From the IMG/VR virus record IMGVR_UViG_3300028585_000526, positions 1 to 37,040 of that record: a stretch of 37,040 nt of DNA. One strand, 5' to 3'. Each line of letters begins with the position of its first letter. The stretch's first letter is position 1. Source of the stretch: a virus. Its lineage: Duplodnaviria; Caudoviricetes. This document shows, piece after piece, positions 19,113 through 28,414 of this stretch. The translations under genes were made by a program, and so were the position numbers. The notes beneath the pieces were generated by a model. The model saw only the letters and a list, made by a program, of their open reading frames with translations. It did no database searches and was not told where the DNA came from.

Positions 19113-19497
19113 TGCCGTTCATGGCCATCTTGACCGCCTTGTTCGCCGCCCTGCGAAGGCGGGCCGCGCGGCGTTTCTCCGTCGCCCTCATGGCTGGGTT
19201 CACGAACGGCTGGGCAGCGGCGGCACCGATCTTCTGGCCGCTCTTTGCTGTGCCGGCCTTTCGCCCGCCTTCAAGGGCGATAGACTTGGGACCAAAGTCC
19301 ATCTTGTAACCATCGGGCACCATCTCGCCGTGAATGGCCCGTCGCGTTTCCCCCGTCTCGCCTACGGGGGCGAGGATCTTGGCCGCGCGGATTACGTCTT
19401 GACCGTTCTGCCGAAGCGCCTTCGTCGTCTCTTCCTTGTAGTGACGGCGCAGCTTTCCGAAGTTGACGCGCAGCTTGTCGGCATCCAACACCTTCAT
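19105..19497 (-). CDS. HK97 gp10-like tail completion protein
   Basis: APVGETG, LEGG, AQPFVNPA. Confidence 0.8.
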   Translation of the reverse strand: MKVLDADKLRVNFGKLRRHYKEETTKALRQNGQDVIRAAKILAPVGETGETRRAIHGEMVPDGYKMDFGPKSIALEGGRKAGTAKSGQKIGAAAAQPFVNPAMRATEKRRAARLRRAANKAVKMAMNGNG

Positions 19498-19823
19498 GGC
19501 GCGGCCCTCCCATCTGTTTCGATCAGCAGTTCAATGATGCCCACCCCTTCGCCGGGATGCGCATTCAGGATGTCCCAGACCTGTCCGCGATAGATGATGC
19601 GATCCTGCGCGGTGATGGCCTTTGAGGTTGGACCTGTCCGCAGCCAGACGGTGGCGGTGTGGCTGGACGATACGCGGCCCGCGACCACGGCTTCTCGCCC
19701 CGGCGTTTCGCGCACGCTGGCCCATAGGGATTTCAGGTCTGACCACGTCTGCAATACGTTGCCATACTGGTCGAGGTCTTGGGCCTGACGCTGGACCTTC
19801 ACGCGCTTGTCGAAGCGGGCCAT
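19494..19823 (-). CDS. Head closure (head-tail joining) protein
   Basis: Start MARFDKRVKVQ overlapping the upstream stop; DQYG..W..LWASV...GRE. Confidence 0.85.
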   Translation of the reverse strand: MARFDKRVKVQRQAQDLDQYGNVLQTWSDLKSLWASVRETPGREAVVAGRVSSSHTATVWLRTGPTSKAITAQDRIIYRGQVWDILNAHPGEGVGIIELLIETDGRAAP

Positions 19824-20377
19824 CAGGCGACTTCCTGCGGGCGGCGGTAACGGGATTGCTTGATCAGCCGCTGGACTCCGAAGCTCAACGCCTCGGGCTT
19901 CATGTCCGTCGCGGTGATGTCGGCATCGTGCCATTCCTTGGCCAGCAGGATGATGGCCCGCTTCAGGGACAACCCGCCCCGATCTTCGCCATAGCCTGCC
20001 GTGACGCGCACCCGGCACTCAACGCCCGGATATATGGCCCCGTGTCGCACCAGCTGCGGTTCGGTGAAGGCGCGGGACAGACGATAGAGCGGGGCAGGAA
20101 CAGGCAGCCACACCCCGTTTGCGTTTAGCATCTCGACCGCATCCACGCTGATGATGGGCGCCACCGGCAACCACCATCTGGACCAGGACACGCAAGGCGC
20201 TTCGATCTCCAACTGACGTCGCAGGATGACACGGTTGGCAGCCCGCTCCACGACCTCCGCCGCAGATCCCAGCAGGCGGGCCAGATTGACAAGATCGTCA
20301 GTCTCATCAATGTGGACCGCCGCCATGAACTCTTCGGGCGTGACCGGCTCCGGCCCGCCATTGCCGATCACACGCAT
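19823..20377 (-). CDS. Head-tail connector protein (gp6-like)
   Basis: EPVTPEE, LPVAPIISVDAV, AGYG, LKRAILLA.EW. Confidence 0.85.
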   Translation of the reverse strand: MRVIGNGGPEPVTPEEFMAAVHIDETDDLVNLARLLGSAAEVVERAANRVILRRQLEIEAPCVSWSRWWLPVAPIISVDAVEMLNANGVWLPVPAPLYRLSRAFTEPQLVRHGAIYPGVECRVRVTAGYGEDRGGLSLKRAIILLAKEWHDADITATDMKPEALSFGVQRLIKQSRYRRPQEVA

Positions 20378-20380
20378 GGC

Positions 20381-20932
20381 TTACTTGCCTTTCTTGGCTT
20401 GGCCTTGGGTGGGCAGATCATCCGCAGCGGCCTCAGCCTTCGCCGGTTGCTCCGTCACCTTGTCGCCTTCATGGCCTTCGCCGGTCGGGGGCGTGGCCCC
20501 GTTGGGTGGCAAGGGGCCGACCTGATCCGCCGCGATGATCGACGCATCTCCGGTGGCCGTGCCGATCGTGCCGCCTGTCGCTTGGCCCTGATCCAGTGCC
20601 GCTTCGCGGCGGGCCACGTCATCCTCGCGATCCTTGACCGCGCGTTCGCGGGCATCCAGCTTTTCATTGCCTTCTATCTCCCGCGCTTGAATGGCATCCG
20701 CCTGCGCGTGAAGACGCGCCTGTTCCGACCGTGCGAACTCCCGCGCCTGTTCCATGCCGCGCTCCGCATCCGCCCCGGTCGAAAGGGCGGCGATGCTGGT
20801 CGAGGGCGCGGTGTAGGCATGGGCGACCCCGGCGGCAATATAGCCTTCGGCGGTTTTCGTGTCGAAGCCCGCGATCTCGCCCGCGTTGTAACGGCCCGAA
20901 TGCTTCGTGAATTTCAGGATGGTCTTGGTCAT
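20381..20932 (-). CDS. Head-associated hypothetical protein with coiled coil
   Basis: Directly follows the capsid gene; YNAGEIAGF domain, A/R/E-rich coil, disordered tail. Confidence 0.75.
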   Translation of the reverse strand: MTKTILKFTKHSGRYNAGEIAGFDTKTAEGYIAAGVAHAYTAPSTSIAALSTGADAERGMEQAREFARSEQARLHAQADAIQAREIEGNEKLDARERAVKDREDDVARREAALDQGQATGGTIGTATGDASIIAADQVGPLPPNGATPPTGEGHEGDKVTEQPAKAEAAADDLPTQGQAKKGK

Positions 20933-20989
20933 GGGGTGTTCCCGTGATGGCCCCGGCGCGATGCCGGGGCAGGTTTCAGAGGTTCGGGA

Positions 20990-22306
20990 TCAGAGGGACC
21001 AGCCGACCGCGTTGAAGCCCGCGAAGGCTTCGTCACGGGCCGTCGCGAAGTCATGCTCCGAGATGGCCCGCATCAGGGTCAGATCGTTCTGGTATGCCGA
21101 AATGGCTTTACCCGTGCCATCGACATACATGGCCTCGGTGGAGCTGCTGATCTGAAGGACCATGCTGTCCCCGATCATCGCTTCGTTAAAGTCGCCGAAG
21201 TAGATTTCCGTCTCGTTGCCGCCCGCCCCGAGGTTGTCCGGGATCTGCGACGTGGTGTGGATCGGATATCCCAGCAGGGTGTTGTTCAAGCCGATGGACG
21301 GGAACGTCGCAAATCCGATGGGGTCGCGCAGGCTGGCCAGCCAATTCTTCGCACCCGCCCGCATGATCCAGCCGGGACGCACCATCCCCACATTCGCATC
21401 CTCCACCCGCGACACGACAGTGCGCAACTTGGCTTCGGCTGATGCCGAGGTAGCGGCGGCGGGGGGCAACCAGCGACCTTCAGGGATCCAGTTCCGCAGA
21501 CCCAGCGGGACCAGACCGCCCGCACCGCGCAGGAACGCGAGGTCTTCACGCAAGGCCATGATGTTCACCAGATCATCACGGACCAGCAGGGCCATGGCCG
21601 TGGTGGCATGGCGCAGCAGCGAGTTGCCAATTGGCACAAGGCCCGTCAGCTTCTTGAAGCCCATGTCCAGCGCACCGAAGGTCGGCTCGCTGGGCGGGAT
21701 CGGCGCGTTCTCTTGGATGTAGGTCGCGGTGGCAGACCCTGTCTGCTTCGCGTGGCGGATCTGGCCAGCGGGCATCGGGAACGTGCGGGCACCGGCATTG
21801 CGAACCGCGACCCGCGCCGTCAGCAGCGGAAGGATGCCTTCCGCTTGTGCGCGGGGAATGGTCACACCACCCGCCGAAGCATCCGCCCCGGACAGGGCAG
21901 CGGACAGACCGCCGTGCCCCGACTTCTCCAGATCGGCAGCTGCAGCCGCCTGATCGCCTTTGTTTCGCGCCAAGGCGTGAACCATGAAGCCCAGTTCGAC
22001 ACCCGCCATGGCGGGGTTGTTCGGCACCGCAGGCACGGTGGCGTTCGCCCCCGGCTGGTTCTGCTGCTGATCGCCCACAGCGGCGGCGGACAGCGCGGCT
22101 TCGGTCGCTTCGGCGCGACCCAGCGACGTGCCGAGCGCGTTGAACTCGGTCTGCGCGTCTTCGAACTCTTTGACGGCGGCGACCATGTCCGCGTGATCGG
22201 CAGCGGTGCTGGACGCTTCCAGACCCGTGATCGTGGCCGAGGCGGTTTCCATGCGCTTCGCGGCTGCGGTGCGCTTGCGGCGAAGGTCAGCGATATGCTT
22301 GGGCAT
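20990..22306 (-). CDS. Major capsid protein (HK97 fold)
   Basis: N-terminal coiled scaffold, GGVTIP, KKLTGLVPIGNSLL, LLGYPI, YFGDF. Confidence 0.95.
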   Translation of the reverse strand: MPKHIADLRRKRTAAAKRMETASATITGLEASSTAADHADMVAAVKEFEDAQTEFNALGTSLGRAEATEAALSAAAVGDQQQNQPGANATVPAVPNNPAMAGVELGFMVHALARNKGDQAAAAADLEKSGHGGLSAALSGADASAGGVTIPRAQAEGILPLLTARVAVRNAGARTFPMPAGQIRHAKQTGSATATYIQENAPIPPSEPTFGALDMGFKKLTGLVPIGNSLLRHATTAMALLVRDDLVNIMALREDLAFLRGAGGLVPLGLRNWIPEGRWLPPAAATSASAEAKLRTVVSRVEDANVGMVRPGWIMRAGAKNWLASLRDPIGFATFPSIGLNNTLLGYPIHTTSQIPDNLGAGGNETEIYFGDFNEAMIGDSMVLQISSSTEAMYVDGTGKAISAYQNDLTLMRAISEHDFATARDEAFAGFNAVGWSL

Positions 22307-22340
22307 CTAATGCTCCTGAAAAAGCCGCGATTTGCGCAGC

Positions 22341-22367
22341 AAAAAAGACCCCGCCGAAAGCAGGGCC
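22341..22367 (-). terminator. Intrinsic terminator between the protease and capsid genes
   Basis: GGCCCTGC-TTTCG-GCGGGGTC-TTTTTT on the minus strand. Confidence 0.65.
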
Positions 22368-22390
22368 GGACATGTCGAAAGGCGACGGGG

Positions 22391-23308
22391 TTAAATCGAG
22401 GCGACCGCCATGGCAGCAGCAGCACGGGCCGCGTAGCCGCGCGAGGCGACGGTGCGGGGCTTCGGCGCATAGGTGCCGAAGATGCGGTCATAGAAGGCGG
22501 CGCGGGTTTCGGCCTGATCGGCCAATCCGCGGGCGATGGCGTCTTCGGGGGCGAACGTGGCACCGCCGTCGCGCGGGTCATCCGTGACGCTCAAGCGCGT
22601 GGTCAGGTCCGCGATGGGGATGTTGCGCCCCGCCGCGACCACGGCATGGAACCGCGCTTCCGCCTCATCCAGCGACCGCTGCAATTCCGCCTTGCCCTCA
22701 TCCGTAGTCGGGTCAGGCCGCTTGGCGCGGGCGTTGGTCGAGGTCATGACAAAGTGCTGTTCGCCATAGTTGTCTGGCTGAACGGGGGCCGAGGCCATGA
22801 CCGCGACACCTATGGACCCAACAACACTGCCGGGGGTCATGGTGATGTCGCGGGCCTGACTGCCCAGCCAGTATCCGCCCGATGCCGCCAACGGATTGAC
22901 CAGCGCGTGAACCGGCTTCAGGCGGGCCGCAGCCGCGATGGCCAGCGATGCCACGTCGATGCCGGTGACAAAACCACCGGGGCTGTCGATTTCAAGCACG
23001 ATGCCCGTCACGTCCGTGTTGGCGGCCAGTTCGGTCATCGTGTCAGCCAGACCGGAATAAGTGGCCCAGCCAAGATAGCGTTCGAGGATGAAGCTGTTGA
23101 ACGTCAGAAGGCCCCGAACGGGAACAATGGCAACGCTGCGCTGCACCGTGAACCGCTCCGGGGCGGATGCGACGATGCCACCCGCCCCGCCCGCCGCTTC
23201 TGTCTGCGGCGTGGTCGGAATGTCTGCGGCCAGCATGGCCGAGGCGTAGTCCATCGCCATGGCGACGGGGGCCGAGCCGAACAGGCTGGCAATGATAGGC
23301 CGCTTCAT
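22391..23308 (-). CDS. S49-family prohead protease
   Basis: LEIDSPGG, AASGGYWL, VGSIGV. Confidence 0.92.
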   Translation of the reverse strand: MKRPIIASLFGSAPVAMAMDYASAMLAADIPTTPQTEAAGGAGGIVASAPERFTVQRSVAIVPVRGLLTFNSFILERYLGWATYSGLADTMTELAANTDVTGIVLEIDSPGGFVTGIDVASLAIAAAARLKPVHALVNPLAASGGYWLGSQARDITMTPGSVVGSIGVAVMASAPVQPDNYGEQHFVMTSTNARAKRPDPTTDEGKAELQRSLDEAEARFHAVVAAGRNIPIADLTTRLSVTDDPRDGGATFAPEDAIARGLADQAETRAAFYDRIFGTYAPKPRTVASRGYAARAAAAMAVASI

Positions 23309-23457
23309 TTTCCACCCCCGACCGTCGGAAGGCTGGGCACCGGAATGCGGAAGGACAAGGAGACGTCCTCGCCCGCGAGACGGCGGATTTCCAGCAGCTG
23401 CAAATCATGCTCCGACAGTCTGGAGAGGGTCGGGATATGGTCAGGACGTAGGTTCAT
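23305..23457 (-). CDS. 50-aa hypothetical protein not in the ORF track
   Basis: MNLRPDHIPTLSRLSEHDLQLLEIRRLAGEDVSLSFRIPVPSLPTVGGGK; ATGA overlaps with both portal and protease genes. Confidence 0.6.
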   Translation of the reverse strand: MNLRPDHIPTLSRLSEHDLQLLEIRRLAGEDVSLSFRIPVPSLPTVGGGK

Positions 23458-24749
23458 TCGTCATCCCCTTTTGGTTCAGTGCCGCCACCCTCTTTGCGGG
23501 TCATGTTCGGCGCAGGGTTCAGGACATTGCCGCCTTCGACCGGGGGAAGTCCCTCACGGAAGCGCCCTTCGTTGGGCGTGACGAAGGGGCCGCCGATGGC
23601 CTTGGCCAGCGCCTCGTAGCGTTCCTTCGTCGTGGCCCGCAGCAGGGCGTCGTAATCGTGGCGCAGGAACAGACCCGCCCGCCGCTCCTCTTCGGTCAGG
23701 ATCGACAGCGACATCTGATCCTCGACCTGACTGCCCCAGTGGTAGAGGCAGTCCGTCAGGTAATCGATGGCGGCCTGTTCCGAGTTCGCCTTCACCCCGT
23801 ATTCGAGGATCTGCAACTTCGTGGGCGGGACGCGCCACATCCCCGCGATCTGTTCGCGGTCGAGGCGACGGCTGGCCAGCAGTTCAATGTCGGACGCCTT
23901 CAGGTCGAGTGGCGTGATCTTGTCGTTGGCACCCATGATGGGAAAGCCCTCGACCTCGGGGTCACGCACGGAATTGGCGACACGCTTTTGCGCACGCTTG
24001 AACGCTTCCTCATCCTCGTAGAGGTCCTCCATCTGAATGAAGGCCCGCATCGTCGTGCCCGAGGCCGAACGCGCTGCCGCCTCTTGCCCCGCCATCGCTA
24101 AGCCCATGCTCTCGAAGGCGACCTCGATAGGTGAGCGGCCCGTCCAGCCATCCTCTGCCATGTAACGCATGTGGACCATGGACCGACCGGGGACGCGGCG
24201 GTTGATCTCCGCGCCGTCCATCAAGTCATAGAACCGCGCCCGCCCGTTGCGCAGGATCGACACTCCGTTCTGCGGGATCGTCGCGATCAGTTCCAGTTCC
24301 CCCGCCCCGTCGCGCGGGGCATAGGCGAAGGCCACCCCGCGCAAGGCGAAGGCATAGGCCAGCATGTAGCGGGGAACGATGGACGGCACGCCGGGTGAAG
24401 ATTCGACGTTGAGCAGGTAACTGGCAGGATGGCCCACGACCGGAACTTCGCGGCCATCCTTGTTCTCTTGATAGACGCGTAGCGGCACCTTGGACAGGTC
24501 GCCCGCGATGACGTTGCAGCAGGAAAACACCGTGGAATGACGCTGGGCGCTGGACGGGGTGACATGCGGCAGGGTCTTCACCCGGCTCCGGCCACCCCAT
24601 CCGAGGTTGTCCACCCACCCCGCAGGATGGGCCGTGCCGGTCGTGACCGCATCGGGGGCGGTCACATCGTTGGCCGTCATGACGGGTTCGGTCCGGTCGG
24701 AACCGGACACGGTCGCCCCAAATCCCATGATCCGATTGAACAGGCTCAT
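23454..24749 (-). CDS. Portal protein (HK97 family)
   Basis: VFSCCNVIAGDLSKVP, GRSPI, IAGMWRVPP, TPNEGRFREGLPP. Confidence 0.95.
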   Translation of the reverse strand: MSLFNRIMGFGATVSGSDRTEPVMTANDVTAPDAVTTGTAHPAGWVDNLGWGGRSRVKTLPHVTPSSAQRHSTVFSCCNVIAGDLSKVPLRVYQENKDGREVPVVGHPASYLLNVESSPGVPSIVPRYMLAYAFALRGVAFAYAPRDGAGELELIATIPQNGVSILRNGRARFYDLMDGAEINRRVPGRSMVHMRYMAEDGWTGRSPIEVAFESMGLAMAGQEAAARSASGTTMRAFIQMEDLYEDEEAFKRAQKRVANSVRDPEVEGFPIMGANDKITPLDLKASDIELLASRRLDREQIAGMWRVPPTKLQILEYGVKANSEQAAIDYLTDCLYHWGSQVEDQMSLSILTEEERRAGLFLRHDYDALLRATTKERYEALAKAIGGPFVTPNEGRFREGLPPVEGGNVLNPAPNMTRKEGGGTEPKGDDE

Positions 24750-26413
24750 ATGATCTCGATCTCCCGCGCCTTGCGTTTATGTTCACCGGATGCCGCACGA
24801 CCCACCGCCATGATGGCAGCGACGGACGCGTCGATCCGGCCTGTGGACTTCGCCTTGTTCGGCTTGATGTTCTCCGATGCGTCTTCATCCCGATGGACGT
24901 TCCCGACCTGCCATGCCAGCACGGGATTCCCGCGATGCCGCAGCCTGCCCTGCGCGACCAGTTCCTCGAAGCGCTTCATCGGGTTCGACATCGACTGGTA
25001 ACCCTGCCGATGCTCGACCAGCGGGAACCGTCTCCGGTCCAGCTTCTGCGCCAGATATTTCATGCCCCATGGATCGTAGGCCACTTCCTGCACGTCGAAC
25101 TTGCGCCGCAGGATCTCCAGCCGCGCAAGTATCTGGTCTTCGTCGATGGCCCCGCCCGTGTGGACCTCAAGCCAGCCGTCATCGCGCCAGCCGATATACT
25201 CGCGCTTCTCCATCTGCGCCCGCTGGATGAAGCCTTTCGGGCCTTCAGGCAGGAAGGTGTAGGCGATCAGATACATGATCCCGTCCACCGGCACCGCGAC
25301 CACGATGGCCGTGGTGTCGATCTTGTTGGACAGGTCCAGCCCGATCCATGCCTTGCGGCCATAGAGCTTGCGCTCATCGAAGGGCGCGGCCATCAGGCCG
25401 CTGTCCCAGACGTCACGCGCGATCCAGTTTTCGGCGCCCTCTGTCCAGAGGTTCATGTGGAACCTGCGGAAGTTCGGCATCTGCCCCGAAATGGCCAAGG
25501 CCCGCCCCACCGCCCGCTCCATCGCTTCCAGCGGCTTCGACACCCCAAGGTTGGGATTGCCCATGGCCCACGCTTTGGGGTCAGTCGGATCGCTGTCCGC
25601 AGGCGGTTCCGCCACGAAGGCAAACAGGCTGTCGTCCCGGACATCGCCCCGCAGGACCGATTCGGAATAGCCTCGCAACTCCCCACACAGCGATCCGCGA
25701 TCATGGCCCGCCGTGGTGATCACCCAATCGATCGGTTGCGACCGCGCGATCATGGATTCCACGATGGTTTCGGCAAGCTCGCGGTCGGTCCAGCGGTGCA
25801 TCTCATCCCGTGCCACGAAGCTAGGGTTGATGCCGTCCGCGCTGTTGCCGTCGCGGGACAGGCAGGTGATCTGCCCATCGGTCGGGGTCGTCTTGATAAC
25901 CCCCTGAAACGCCCGCATCCACTGCCCTAGGAACGGCGAACGGCGGATGATCCGCCCGATGCCGCGATACAAAAGCCCCGCCTGGTCTCGCGTCGTCGCC
26001 GCGCAATACCCTTCCGGTGCGGCCTCCCCGTCGAACAGCTGCGAGAAGATCATTGGCACGGCGGTATCGGTCGTCTTCCCGTTCTTCTTTCCGACCTGAT
26101 GGTAGGTGTTGATGAACCGCCGCAACCCCGTGTCCTTTCGCTTCCACCCATAGACGCTGCCGAGGCGAAACACCTGCCAAGGTTCCAGCGCGAGGGGCTT
26201 GCCTGCAAAGGGCCCAGCCGTGTGTTGCAGCATCTTGGCAAAGCGACAGATCATGCTGGCCGCTTCGCAGTCGAAGTAGATGCCCCGGTCGTGACCTGTC
26301 TCCAGATCCATCAGGTGACGTTCGCAGGCCATCCGCACGAGCGGTCCCGCGATAATGTCGCCCGCGATCACGTCCAGCGCATACTTCGAAACGGGGTGAT
26401 CAATCGGTTCCAT
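24746..26413 (-). CDS. terL: Terminase large subunit
   Basis: LEPWQ, GKKNGKT Walker A, VARDEMH Walker B, GLDLS and IDASVA nuclease motifs. Confidence 0.96.
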   Translation of the reverse strand: MEPIDHPVSKYALDVIAGDIIAGPLVRMACERHLMDLETGHDRGIYFDCEAASMICRFAKMLQHTAGPFAGKPLALEPWQVFRLGSVYGWKRKDTGLRRFINTYHQVGKKNGKTTDTAVPMIFSQLFDGEAAPEGYCAATTRDQAGLLYRGIGRIIRRSPFLGQWMRAFQGVIKTTPTDGQITCLSRDGNSADGINPSFVARDEMHRWTDRELAETIVESMIARSQPIDWVITTAGHDRGSLCGELRGYSESVLRGDVRDDSLFAFVAEPPADSDPTDPKAWAMGNPNLGVSKPLEAMERAVGRALAISGQMPNFRRFHMNLWTEGAENWIARDVWDSGLMAAPFDERKLYGRKAWIGLDLSNKIDTTAIVVAVPVDGIMYLIAYTFLPEGPKGFIQRAQMEKREYIGWRDDGWLEVHTGGAIDEDQILARLEILRRKFDVQEVAYDPWGMKYLAQKLDRRRFPLVEHRQGYQSMSNPMKRFEELVAQGRLRHRGNPVLAWQVGNVHRDEDASENIKPNKAKSTGRIDASVAAIMAVGRAASGEHKRKAREIEII

Positions 26414-26843
26414 TCTTCAACTGGTTCATGACCTCCGCAAACAGGTCGCCCTGCGACCCTCCACCCTTCAGGCGGGCGTCATCGACAGGCGACAAACCGA
26501 ACAGCGCAGAGTCGCGGCGCATCTGGTCCGCTGCTGCCATCTGGATCTTCAGGGCGGCGGTGGCCTTCTGCTGCTTGCCGTTCCGCGTCTCGACTTCGTA
26601 ATACAGCCCCTCGACCTCGACGCACGCCGTGGCCTCTATGAAGGTCGCGACGTTCTGGCAGTAGGATCGGAACTGATAATGGTAGGTGGGATCGAGCCTG
26701 TCCTTGGCCACGAGCAACGGGGCAAGTTCGGCCCAGACCTGCGCGGCCTTTCCGCTCATGTCATCCGGGGGATCGGGCGAGGTCTTCTTCATATCGCCGC
26801 GCATCGGGATGACATTTTTTAGCTCTGGCTTTTTCCCCTTCAT
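26400..26843 (-). CDS. terS: Terminase small subunit (P27 family)
   Basis: PP....A...W, YC, FGLSP motifs; directly upstream of terL. Confidence 0.9.
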   Translation of the reverse strand: MKGKKPELKNVIPMRGDMKKTSPDPPDDMSGKAAQVWAELAPLLVAKDRLDPTYHYQFRSYCQNVATFIEATACVEVEGLYYEVETRNGKQQKATAALKIQMAAADQMRRDSALFGLSPVDDARLKGGGSQGDLFAEVMNQLKNGTD

Positions 26844-26864
26844 CGTCTAAGCTCCTGATCTATC

Positions 26865-26975
26865 TCCCAAATGGGCTTTTTTTTCCAATTCGCCGACCGC
26901 ATAAGAAAAGGTTAGGGCATCGGTTACCCCCCTGACCCCCTCGATTTTTCGATACCCCCCGGTCTACCACCCCCG
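26865..26975. other. Probable cos (packaging) region
   Basis: Non-coding gap between HNH and terS with G/C runs and A/T tracts, as in HNH-associated cos phages; cut site not determinable. Confidence 0.5.
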
Positions 26976-27030
26976 ATTTTTTTGTCGGGGGTTCGGTCCT
27001 CGGATCGGGTGTGTCATTTCTGCCGATGGG

Positions 27031-27423
27031 TCAGGCGGGGCCGGATCGACCGCCATGCCAGACCTCACGGGCGGTCTTGCGCGAATGGCAGGGCTTGCAC
27101 AGGGCCTGCCAGTTCGACTGATCCCACATCAGCTTGGCATCTCCGCGATGCGGCGTGATGTGATCGACCTCCGAGGCCGCAATCACCTGTCCAAGTTCTC
27201 CGCAGTCTGCGCAGAGAGGATGCTGGGCAAGGAAGCGCTTGCTTCCCTTCCGCCACCGCTCTGTCTGGTAGAAGGCAGCGCCTGCGCGGGCAGCACTGCC
27301 CAACTTCGCCGCCTGCTTCCGTGCAGCCTCTGCAATCAGCCAAGGCCCGAGGTGTTCCTCGCATCGCGCCCGCCCGACTTCGGCCAGATCATCACAGCCG
27401 GGATGGCAACACAGCTTGCGCAT
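27031..27423 (-). CDS. HNH endonuclease (terminase-associated)
   Basis: Start MRKLCCHPGC with GGAGG RBS; PLCADC, VDHITPHRGD, NWQALCKPCHSRKT. Confidence 0.92.
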   Translation of the reverse strand: MRKLCCHPGCDDLAEVGRARCEEHLGPWLIAEAARKQAAKLGSAARAGAAFYQTERWRKGSKRFLAQHPLCADCGELGQVIAASEVDHITPHRGDAKLMWDQSNWQALCKPCHSRKTAREVWHGGRSGPA

Positions 27424-27441
27424 GGCACCCTCCGGAAATGC

Positions 27442-27470
27442 AAAAGCCCGCACGGTTGGAACCTGCGGGC
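27442..27470 (-). terminator. Terminator just after the late promoter (tR'-like)
   Basis: GCCCGCA-N11-TGCGGGC-TTTT on the minus strand. Confidence 0.65.
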
Positions 27471-27492
27471 GTAGTTGTAGATGATGACAAGA

Positions 27493-27521
27493 GATATGAC
27501 TTCGAGTGTTCTAAGCGTCAA
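27493..27521 (-). promoter_or_regulatory. Putative late promoter (pR'-like)
   Basis: TTGACG-N17-CATATC on the minus strand. Confidence 0.6.
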
Positions 27522-28414
27522 TCCCCTTTCGTGCCGCGTCCGTCAGAATAGCCCTGCATGCGGTCCAAGGCAGCCGCCAAGGCGACACGAAGCGTGTGCA
27601 GCTGCTTGACCTGCCTATCCCACCCATGCGCCGCCAGAACCGCCGTCAGGTCTTTTCCGCCGAGGCAGACCATATCGACCAGCCGCCGATCCGTGATGCC
27701 GGACTTCGTGCCACGATCCGAAGGACGCACCCGCCGCACGATCATCGCCTGCCCAGTTCCGATGCGGGTGCGGATCATGTCAATCTCACGCCCCTCCGCG
27801 ACGAACGTGTCCATGAAGTCGCCGCCCTGACCACCGCCACCCGTGCGACCGATGGCCGTGCATTTCATCCCGCCCGCTGCATGGCGTTCGATCAGCGTGG
27901 CATAGCGCTGACCCATCTGGATCTGGCCGGGGGTGAACGGGGCAACGAAGCCGTTCATCGACCCGATGCGCTTGACGTGGGCACGGCGGGCAATCTCCAC
28001 CATGATCTGCAACTGGCACTGCCCTTCCCACCGCAGGCCAGCCGAGGCGACGGACACATCCCACCCGACCCGCGCGGCCATCAACCCGTCCGCCTCAACC
28101 CCTTCGACCAGGCGCATGCACCCACGGGCCGGGGCAACAGGAGCCGCCGCCATCACCTCGGGAGGTGTGGCCCAGATCGTCCGTGCCGTCACCATCAGGT
28201 CATCGGCCCGCATCCGGTCCAACGCGATGCGGTGCGCGGACCGCTGATCCCGTGCCTCATCCGACCGCCACCGATCCAGCCGCGCCGCGCCTTGGTCCAG
28301 CACGTCCAGCGCCCCTTGCCACGCGTCCCGCACGACGCGTTGCGCCACGGCCCGCAGCCCGTATTCCTCGCCAAGCGCCAGCAGACCCGCGCTGCCCATG
28401 TCTGTCATCGTCAT
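27518..28414 (-). CDS. Putative late-gene regulator/antiterminator (C-terminus resembles DUF6456/GafA-GafZ type)
   Basis: Occupies the lambda Q position; C-terminal LVDMVCL....AVLAAHGW.....LRVALAAALDRM; ATG at 28414 is coupled to the upstream stop. Confidence 0.6.
   Translation of the reverse strand: MTMTDMGSAGLLALGEEYGLRAVAQRVVRDAWQGALDVLDQGAARLDRWRSDEARDQRSAHRIALDRMRADDLMVTARTIWATPPEVMAAAPVAPARGCMRLVEGVEADGLMAARVGWDVSVASAGLRWEGQCQLQIMVEIARRAHVKRIGSMNGFVAPFTPGQIQMGQRYATLIERHAAGGMKCTAIGRTGGGGQGGDFMDTFVAEGREIDMIRTRIGTGQAMIVRRVRPSDRGTKSGITDRRLVDMVCLGGKDLTAVLAAHGWDRQVKQLHTLRVALAAALDRMQGYSDGRGTKGD

Noticed and set aside
21608-23581. 657-aa plus-strand ORF
   Set aside because: Antisense shadow of the capsid/protease genes; Arg/Gly-rich with no motifs
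11542-26843. Gene transfer agent cluster
   Set aside because: Some tail genes are GTA-like, but the integrase, cI/cro, origin and HNH/cos-type packaging indicate a true prophage
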